Part shown: one piece after another, positions 55,701-64,000 of the stretch
How positions within the stretch are numbered: position 1 is the stretch's first letter
Layout of the letters: each line of letters starts with the position of its first letter
Translations under genes and position numbers: made by a program
The notes under the pieces: model-generated
Seen by the model: the letters and a program-made list of their open reading frames with translations, nothing else
The model's database searches: none
What the model was told of the DNA's origin: nothing
Assembly (NCBI GenBank): GCA_977018835.1
Contig: OZ361257.1
Span: 3,968,001-4,032,000, forward strand
Source of the DNA: Minutocellus sp. GHC0000111
Lineage: Eukaryota
Direction: 5' to 3'
DNA: 64,000 nt

Positions 55701-57894
55701 CGAGCCTGACGCTTGATCGCTTTCAAAGCTGCAGCGGCGGCAGCAGCAGCTTCGGCGCTGTCTCGTCTCCTTTTGGTATCGGGTGATTCAGAGCCATCGA
55801 TTGCTGCTGCTGCCGTGGCAACGTCGGCGTCACCTGTGGATATGTCAGGGCTTACCAATGCTGCAGAGTCGTCCGGCATTGGTCCATTGGGAGTTACCGG
55901 GATCGAAGGTGACTTGTTGTGGTCTTGGTGATTAGGCTTATCGCAAGATGGCCAAGGGACAGATTGTACTGGTTGGGCTTGCCCAGGTAGAGGAAGGCCG
56001 TTTGGCATGGACGAAGTCAACGGCTGGACCTTGTGTTTTATTGGGCTCAGAGGATTTGTTCGATGAAGGTATTCCTCCTGGGCGACAGGCGGCCGTGGTT
56101 CTGCTTGAGGGGGGCGAGACTGCAAATGAGGCGCTCTAGATGTTGTTGGTGGGGGCGGAGGCGGAGGTGGCGCCTGCTGCATTGTATCTCTCTTCTGGTA
56201 GTAGGGAGAAAGAATCTGCTGGGCCTCTTCTATGATCATCTGTTGTTGGTTCGAACCTTTATGTTCCTCCCGGAGCTGATCGTATGGTCGGGGTAACTGC
56301 TTGGGAGGCTTAGGCGGCAGTTGATGCTGAGGTCCGCCAATACCGCCAACATCATGATCGACCTGGCAACACGAACGCCTGGCTGTCGAGAGGACTGAGA
56401 AGCGAAGGTACCCCCCGGGCGTCTGGAAGCTGATGCTGCTGCGCTGGTGTCACCCACATCAAATGATAGGCTTGCCATCATGGCCCTCTGCGGAACCCTC
56501 TTCGATGTCGCATCATACTCATCCACGGAGGCCGAACGAATATTCATTCCCCTTGCGGCATTTCTTCCGACATCGCGGTAGTCCAAATGATCACGAACTC
56601 CATTTCCTTGCGGAGAATAGTCAGTTGCGGTTGGATCACATGGCCATGGGTGCTTGCCGGTACCATTGCCACCGTCCCCGCCGACACTTGGTCGCCTTTG
56701 GTGGAGCGAATGCCGCTGGAGGTGGTGATCTTCCTCGGCTATGGACAGCATGGCATTCGTCGTCGTCACTTGTTGGGCTTTGGCTGCGCCGGCATTATGT
56801 GTGCCCACCCCGCCTGCCATCCCCTCCAGTGCCGTGGGAGTGGTGAGACAGCTCACTTCCTCATCTCGCTGCTGCCGATGATCACCGTAAGGGTTGCCAC
56901 TGCCAACATTAGCCCCATGCTTCCGTACCACGAGCAGCTCTCCACCCTGCTCCTGGATGAGCCGTTCGATGGATTCCTGCCGTTCCTTCTTCTGCCGCTG
57001 TCGGTCCAGCTCGGCGTTCCGATACTGGTCTCCCCGCGGCGGCGGCTGATGCTGGTGCTGGTGATGATGTCTCGACCTTTCGATGCCATCCTCAACGGCC
57101 CGTGTCAAACTCCCGACCGTCTCCTCCTCCTCGGCTGTGCTTGCAGTCCTTCGATATCGTTGCTGGTCCTGCCTATTGTGGTGGTACTGCTGCTGCTTCT
57201 GCGCCCGGGCGGCGTGCTCCCTCCACTCCCTCTCCCGCTCGAGCCGCTCCTGTTCGCGCTGCTGCAGCTCTCGCTCTAGGCGCCGTTCCCGCTGTCTCTG
57301 CCTCTGCCGTTCGGCCTCGGCCTCAGCTTCGGCGGCTGCGGCAGCTTCCTCGGCGGCCCTTCGCTCCTCGTGCTGACGCCTCCGACGTCGTTCTCGATCA
57401 TGATCACGATCACGATCCCGTCCACTCCGACTTTGACTTCGATGGTTCCTCCTCCGATGACGGTCGTAGACGGACGAGCTCAGGCCGGTGCCGGACGTGG
57501 CCGACGTCCAGTCCGACCCGCCATCTCCCTCGGACGACGACAGTGATGGCTCGTCTTCGTCATTGTCAACTTCGTCGTCACGAGCCCGTCTGCTTCTGCT
57601 ACGTCCAGCACTTCTGCGATTTCGCCGATCATCGTCATCGTCATCTCGATTATAGTCTCGACTTCTGTGACGTCTGCTACTGCCGCCGCCACCACTTTCA
57701 TCGTTCCGTCGCCGTCTCCTGTGACTGCTGGATCTGCCACCACCACCACCACTCCGCCGCTGTCTCCTCCTCCGCCGCCGACGATCGTCTTCGGTGTAAT
57801 CGTCGTCGTCCGAGTAGTACGAGAGGAAGGTGTCCCCCTCGTCCGACGAACCGATGACGTCCTCGATGATCTGCTGGAATAATCGAGCGGCCAT
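52762..57894 (-). CDS. Large low-complexity IQ-motif protein; intron 54221-54347, frameshift near 56375
   Basis: IQ motifs ATQIQKLVRG, AIRIQRWF, FQALARG and IRIQAWVRS. A GTAAGA...CAG intron joins RKW|EPRTK. The middle ORF's frame extends upstream (QVDHDVGG...) into the first ORF. Confidence 0.65.
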
Positions 57895-58584
57895 TGTTTA
57901 TTATTTATAGAGGCGGTTTGGACGACGACGAACAAATGAAAGGGTAATGCTTTGCGGTCGATCCGAACCGATTGCCTCTTCTCGAGATAATTGAACAGAT
58001 CGGCACTTTGAAAGTTATAGAGTCTTCCGACGAGAAGGAGGCACGTTATGCGTCGGTTCCGCAAAAGATCAGCGAGATACGAAACAGATTTCTCTAGTTG
58101 GTTCAAAGAGGACGCTTTGGTTTGGAGTATCTCCCTTCCACGCTCCTCCAAAAAAATTAATGGCAGACCAATCTCCACGGAGAGGTGCTCGGCTGGCTGG
58201 CCGGCGTGGAAATTTGTCTTTGGCGGGCGGAGGGGGAAACTTGCCTCTCGGCCGAGCGCCAAATCAAATCGAGGCAAATAAGATACGCTGTATGACAATG
58301 CCGATAACAGCAGTTGAAGCAAAGATGCGAGAGAGGCAGAGAAAGGTACGTCTTCCCCAACCTCTCAAGCTCGTGGGCTATTATGCCGGCATGGAAAAAA
58401 ATGAGGACGTTGGCGGCAAATAAATTGGCTCGTGGGATGCGTTGGATGCCGCGCGCCAGCCGGCCATACCACTACAGTAATAGTAATTTCAAGTAAAACT
58501 TCTTACGAAAAGAGCTGGCTTGCTCGCACCCAGCACCCACCACGCGCCCAGCCATCCTCATTTTTGCTGCGACCATCTCATACC

Positions 58585-59436
58585 ATGGCGCAAGACAGTG
58601 GCGAATGCACCACCACCGACGTCCCAAGGGCGGAGGACTACATCCAGACGGCCTCCCAGTGCTACGGTGCGTGTATCTATGTTTCTGTGCCTCCACATTT
58701 TTGGAGATGTTCAGCCCATTGCTTTGATCTCAATCTCACTCACTGGCGCTCATATTATATGCTCATATGCTCCCTTTTTCGTTCGTGACTTCCACGTTGT
58801 TGAACAGTTTCGCGCAAGGCTACCCTCCATCACGCCCAAAGCATCGAGCTTCGGGGCAAATCAATTGTGGAATCCGGCGCCAATATTCATGGCATCTCTC
58901 CGATGTCAGAGTCAGCGGCCGCCGCCGGTACTGGTACGACGGGAAGAAGCAGAAAGGTACGGATCGGACGGTACTGTTACGTTGGACCCGACGTGACGCT
59001 GAGACCGGCGACGATGCCATCAGCGGATAATGATGACGAAAATGACGAACGTTCTGGAGGTGAAGATGATCATGGCGGGGAAAGTAATGCCGAAACCGAG
59101 AGCGATGCAGCACGTCAGGAGATGAGTCTAATTGTAGGTGCCAACACATCTATTGGGTCAGGAACGACATCCCAGGCGGCGTCCATCGGTTCTTCGGTCA
59201 TCATCGGGCGGGATTGTACGCTGGGGAACCGCTGCGTCATCAAGGACTGCGTCTTGGTGGAGGATGGGACGGTCATCCCCAGTGATATGGTGATACCGCC
59301 CTTTGCGATTATAGGGTGCAATCCAGGACTGATATTGGATGCCGATGACGATGTCCTCCCCGAGAGCGCCGCGGTGGCCATCCCGGAGGAAAGAGTGGAG
59401 GCTTTCGGGCTGTTCGTCAAGTCGTTAGAGGGATGA
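58585..59436 (+). CDS. DCTN5: Dynactin subunit 5 (p25); intron 58667-58807
   Basis: DYIQTASQCY|VSRKATL...IELRGKSIV, VRIGRYC.V...TLRP, AASIGSSVIIG..CTLGNRCVIKDC and VIPPF. Confidence 0.85.
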
Positions 59437-59520
59437 AATTGAGATATAGATCAGGATCGAGACAGTGTAAAGGTAGTTCTTGATGTCCTTTGGGGATACA
59501 ATATATATCTTGGAATGTAC

Positions 59521-59572
59521 AACATCGAATGTTTGGAACCTTATCTAACATCGAATGGTTGGAACCTTATCT
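59521..59572 (+). repeat. 26-bp tandem duplication in a convergent 3' intergenic region
   Basis: AACATCGAATG[T/G]TTGGAACCTTATCT, two copies. Confidence 0.9.
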
Positions 59573-59698
59573 GATCTCTCTTTCGAGTTAGACTAGGAAT
59601 TCTACTCGCTTTATCACCCAAAATGCTCCACAAAGCCGAAGTTGAATTTTTTAATTCGCAATCAACTTGTAGAAAATGGAAATATATGCTTGGGAACC

Positions 59699-60956
59699 TT
59701 ACCCCGACTTGCTCTCGCAGGCATCATCCAGAAGAGCCCGCAATTTGATCACGCACTTGCCAGCCTCCTTGCATTCCTCCCTGTGACCACCCCGAGAACG
59801 ATTCCAATGACGCTTCTGGCAGTCACGGCTGCAGTAGCAGTACGTTTTGCAACCGGCGCAATACTTGCGGGTCTCGCCCTCCAACGTAGCTCCACATCCG
59901 CCACACTCATCCCTGATCTCGCGCAGAATCCCTCGACACTCATCTCTGCGATCCTGGTCTTTCGACCATTCAGAGGAATCAATATCAAAGGCAGCCCTAG
60001 TCTTGTAAGTGTAGAGCAACCAAATCCTACCGAGGGAGTACTTCTGAATGTTGATGTAGCAGCGTGCGACATCCACCGACGCCGAAGCGGACCCATCCAT
60101 TGCACATCTTTCGTAGGCAAGAGCAGCCAGATCATAGCGCTTCATACCATAAAAGAGCAGATCACCAACCTCGGCCATGATAGAGCTGGCCCTATCATCT
60201 GCGATGAGACGAGAAAAGATCCTCTTGGCGGCAGAATCATCTTTGCCTTTGAGAAGATGGCCTGCAACAATATACAAAACCTGATTGGCGACTGGCACAA
60301 ACTTTGAATGGATCGCCCTGGCCTTTTCAGCGTAGATTTCAGCTTTTTCCAAGTTTCGTGGAACGTCCTTGCCGCGACGATAATGAGAGGCAAGTTCCAG
60401 GCATGCCCCAGGATGACCATTAGCAGCTGCCATTTCAAACCATTTCATGGATGCCTCGCTACATCCCAGATCTGTCGCAAGATGGTATTGAGCCCAAGGC
60501 TTGCCCAGATTGGCGTTGTTTCTGAGCATGTTCTTTCTTTTGGTGCTATCCCCAACTTGATCATTGCAGAGGGTACACCGGACACGTCCTGCAAGGTCCT
60601 TGTGAACCCACGCCATATCATTAACAAAACACGAACTGAAAACATGTTTCCCGCAGCAGGAAGTCCACATAAAGCGAGGTCCAGACAACCGCCAGTGCAA
60701 AATGATCTCGCCTTGGCATACCGCACACTTGCCAGGGTCCAGATTCGTGCACGTGATGCCTCGAAGACTGCGCACATCGTTGTTAGTTCTCGTCGTCCTT
60801 GGCATTGTTGGCCAGCGGCTTGCCGACTTGATCGACATCGACGACGGAACGAGGCGACCAGTCGGATGAAGGCGATCCAGCCACGCTTACCTGGCCGGCC
60901 CCGATGCGACCAGGGTTGTTCTTGCCGCCGCCCCGGCGCTTGCTCTTCTTCCCCAT
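59699..60956 (-). CDS. Cys-rich/Sel1/C-terminal MYND protein; family start MGKKSKR is out of frame
   Basis: GITCTNLDPGKCAVC, Sel1 repeats and CGGC...CAGCKTYCYCSRDCQKRHW. The ATG GGG AAG AAG AGC AAG start at 60956 hits a stop at ~60785. Confidence 0.8.
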
Positions 60957-61287
60957 CGCACAGTTCGACTCGGCCGGCCGGGGAAAATGTTCCTAACGGC
61001 ATGTGATATCCGGCGCGCGGCGACGCTCTCGATCTCATGGCGCTCCTCATATCATCTGCAGTTGGTGCCGCGTGCAAAATGTTTTTTCTTCATTATATGA
61101 TATGGTTTTGTTGTTGCAGACGACGGACAGAGCGAGAGACACGCCGCCCCCTCATTTATTTTTGGCTTGCTTGCCTCTCCCGAGAACCAAGCATCGGCGA
61201 CGCGTGGCTGACCCACGCGTGGTGGCTGACCTCCAACGTAGCTCGTCTCTGCTTAAGTGCCACAGCCCCGCGTTATTGCCCAAAAGC

Positions 61288-64000
61288 ATGTTGCGCACTT
61301 CGTCCTCGGCGGTACTGAGGAGGTCTGTCAGTACTCGCACATCATGTGCCGGTAATTTTGGCGCATCGAGCACCTATTTCGCCACGACCAGCAGCACCGT
61401 CGGCGCCACCTCAAGAACGACGAACAGCGACCATGTCTGGTATCGTCCTGCCCCAACAATGGCAGGCGTGAGGCATTCGTCTTCGGTGTCGACACATAGA
61501 TATCCAGTTCTCTCTTCGGTATCTCCTTTGTCTACAAGTTCGTCCTTCCGTTCTCTTCCTGGCCCCCATTTTCAATCGTCGCGAACTGTGTTCCTCGGCG
61601 GCATGCGGTCCAATTCAACGGCTTCGTCGTCTGCCCCCGCCGAAAGAAGCGACAGAGGCAAAGACAGCAGCAGCAACAACACCAACGAAAATTCCAAGAG
61701 TAAATTCGGTGGCGGCAGTGGTCACTGGAGGAACAATCACAATCGGCAGGGCGGTGGTAGAGGCCGAGGCCGAGGTGGCGGCGGCGGCTGCGGGAGAGGT
61801 CGTGGAAACAATCGATACAACAATAGGGACAACAATCGGGGCGAAAGGAATGATCAGAATCATCGGCGGTTCGAGCAGGGTGGAGAGCGCAACAATAATG
61901 ACAGCAGCAACGGCCGCCATCAACACCGACGCAACGACAGCAACCAAAGGAATGGCAGGTACGGAAAGCAGGGAGGCCGAGGAGGGTCGGAGAGAAGACG
62001 GTGGAACAATTCGCCCAACGAATCGTCTTCGTCTTCGCCATCAGCTCAGAGCAGCAGTAGCAGCAGCAGGGACTCGACTACTTCAGACCGTCTTCGAGAG
62101 ATGCTGAATGAATTTCGCGCCTCCTCCTCTGCGATGCGACAGAAGCAGGCAGAGGGTGCCAAAGGGGGCATAGCGGGGAGGAGGAAGAATGATGCCGTTG
62201 ATCAAAAGAACGCATTGAGGAGTGGCAGCAGCAATGCCGCCAGCACAAAGAAAGCAACATCCCCGTCGTCATCTTCTGAGCCCGAATCCACCCTCAGTAC
62301 AGGTACATCCAAGATCAGTGAGCTCCGCAATGCTTTGATGGGATCCCTGAAGCGAAATCAGGCAGCTGCGAGAGATGCCAATCAGTGGCGAAGTGGGAGG
62401 AGAGGAGAAGGGGGAGGTGGTGGACGATACCAACAGCAATATCAGCAAAAGCAAAACGATCGGCGTCCAAGCTGGAGAGATCGGGCACAAGTGAGAGAGC
62501 AAATGAAAGGAGGAATCGGCGGCGTGAATTATGCCGAAGAATCGCCACAAGAGTTGGCATCCGAAAAAATACTCAGGGAGATGGAGGAAGCCAAGCAAAA
62601 GGCCATCCAGGCTGTGCAGGAAGCGGGGATGGTTCAGGGTGCTTCTTCAGAAGATAGAGAGGAAGAAGAAGATAATGATGGTGATTCCAACACCATCGTC
62701 TTACCGAACCGATCGATGAGCCTTTCGGAGCTCTCCTCGATTCTTCGGGTGAGAACGTCTAAGCTGATTGAGACTGTGTCGTCTCTCGGCGAGCGTATTC
62801 CTCGGGATGATGCGGACGCCACCGAGCACAAAATCGATATTGATGTTGCGGAACTAGCAGCGTTGGAGCTAGGTTTCGATCCCGTGAGAGCCAAGCATGG
62901 TGCCGGGCACAAGTGGAAGAGCTTGGAAGATGCCGAGCGGAGGATGCGCCGGGGCGTGAGTGGGAGCACGGTGGGAGCAGAGAATACTACTGACGACGAA
63001 GATGCAGTCACCAAAACTGCCGAGGATATGGAATATGAGTCGCTTCCCCCACGTCCACCTGTTGTTTGCATTATGGGCCACGTCGATCATGGCAAAACCA
63101 CGCTCATGGATGCCCTTCGAAGAAGAGCTGAGGCAAGCGCAACTGCTGGTGGGAAGAAGAAGAAAGGCAAGGGTGCGTCCAAGAAGAAGAAAAAGGCCAA
63201 GAACAAGTCCGATACGAACACCAAGAAAGAAAAAGGCGGTGTCATCGTTGGAGATGTGGCCGGTACCGAGGCAGGTGGCATCACGCAGGTGGTAACGGCA
63301 ATTCAGCTTTCGCTCCCCTCGACGGAGGACTCTTCGGACTCTGATATGGACGCAGCAGTAACCTTCCTTGATACTCCTGGTCATGCCGCATTCAAGTCAA
63401 TGCGTCGATCTGGTTCGTCGGGTGCCGATATTATTGTCCTTGTCGTAGCAGCTGACGATGGCGTCTCTCCGCAAACAATTGAAATTATTGATACTTACAA
63501 ATCCATCGCTAGAGCCCAGCCGGGATCAATCTCACTCGTCGTTGCCATGACAAAGATCGATAAGCCAGGGGTGAAGATCGACGAAAGCGTAACGATGATC
63601 GAGAACCAGCTTCTTGAGCAGGGAATCTTGCCAGAAGGTATGCCCTCGAAGGATGGGTCCGAATTTGGACCTCCCGCGCAACTTGTTCCCGTGAGCGGAA
63701 TGACCGGCGAAGGCTTGGATGATTTGATTGAGGGCCTTGTCCTCCAGTCTGAAGTCATGGATCTTAGAGCCGACGAGGAGGCTAGGGCGGAGGGCGTTGT
63801 TATGGACGCACGCGTCGATAAGGGACTCGGCATTGTTGCCGATTGCATTGTCCGGTGGGGCAAGCTTGAGCGTGGAGACTACGTTGTGAGCGGTGTCCAC
63901 GGAGGGAAAGTGCGTATCCTCAGTGACACGAATGGAGCGCCTCTTAAGAAGGCACGTCCTTCGCAACCCGTCCGGATCGTCGGCCTTAAGAGCCTACCAA
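61288..64000 (+). CDS. MTIF2: Translation initiation factor IF2, probably mitochondrial; 3' end outside window
   Basis: Frame open from MLRTSSSAVLRRSVSTR (R/S-rich presequence). Motifs RPPVVCIMGHVDHGKTTL, EAGGITQ, FLDTPGHAAF, VAADDG and TKIDK. Confidence 0.9.
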   Translation, partial: MLRTSSSAVLRRSVSTRTSCAGNFGASSTYFATTSSTVGATSRTTNSDHVWYRPAPTMAGVRHSSSVSTHRYPVLSSVSPLSTSSSFRSLPGPHFQSSRTVFLGGMRSNSTASSSAPAERSDRGKDSSSNNTNENSKSKFGGGSGHWRNNHNRQGGGRGRGRGGGGGCGRGRGNNRYNNRDNNRGERNDQNHRRFEQGGERNNNDSSNGRHQHRRNDSNQRNGRYGKQGGRGGSERRRWNNSPNESSSSSPSAQSSSSSSRDSTTSDRLREMLNEFRASSSAMRQKQAEGAKGGIAGRRKNDAVDQKNALRSGSSNAASTKKATSPSSSSEPESTLSTGTSKISELRNALMGSLKRNQAAARDANQWRSGRRGEGGGGGRYQQQYQQKQNDRRPSWRDRAQVREQMKGGIGGVNYAEESPQELASEKILREMEEAKQKAIQAVQEAGMVQGASSEDREEEEDNDGDSNTIVLPNRSMSLSELSSILRVRTSKLIETVSSLGERIPRDDADATEHKIDIDVAELAALELGFDPVRAKHGAGHKWKSLEDAERRMRRGVSGSTVGAENTTDDEDAVTKTAEDMEYESLPPRPPVVCIMGHVDHGKTTLMDALRRRAEASATAGGKKKKGKGASKKKKKAKNKSDTNTKKEKGGVIVGDVAGTEAGGITQVVTAIQLSLPSTEDSSDSDMDAAVTFLDTPGHAAFKSMRRSGSSGADIIVLVVAADDGVSPQTIEIIDTYKSIARAQPGSISLVVAMTKIDKPGVKIDESVTMIENQLLEQGILPEGMPSKDGSEFGPPAQLVPVSGMTGEGLDDLIEGLVLQSEVMDLRADEEARAEGVVMDARVDKGLGIVADCIVRWGKLERGDYVVSGVHGGKVRILSDTNGAPLKKARPSQPVRIVGLKSLP

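Noticed and set aside
60770..60890. GTAAGC...CTAAC...CAG intron rescuing the MGKKSKR start of the MYND gene
   Set aside because: The splice would be phase 0 and puts the downstream exon out of frame.

Overview
Eukaryotic nuclear DNA, most likely from a diatom. This rests on short GT-AG introns, bipartite 'A-F-[AV]-P' plastid-targeting presequences, RXL pro-peptide motifs, and expanded HA-repeat and MYND/Sel1 families. About 28 genes or gene fragments are visible. They include an MPN-domain protein, RBM28/Nop4, an MFS transporter, four MYND/Sel1 genes, a SUMO-like+BTB protein, two plastid-targeted HA-repeat paralogues, an old yellow enzyme, a surface solute-binding protein, a large acidic repeat membrane protein, a plastid-targeted KamA-family radical SAM enzyme, pelota, an IQ-motif protein, dynactin p25 and mitochondrial IF2. 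The most notable item is a ~2.7 kb tyrosine-recombinase (Crypton-like) element at 48421-51108. Its ends (GCAA direct repeats plus 14/16 subterminal inverted repeats) would rebuild a 16-7-16 recombination site on circularisation. It sits next to a ~2 kb gene-free zone with a repeated 26-mer and a dense TGCAAC motif cluster. Also present are a 177-bp TA-flanked MITE inside a MYND gene and a host-like gene carrying a degenerate retrotransposon integrase H2C2 domain. The window shows pervasive damage: about nine frameshifting indels and two or three junctions where 5'-truncated divergent genes abut, suggesting a decaying duplicate or haplotype, or an assembly artefact. All family assignments come from motif recognition by eye; no searches were run.
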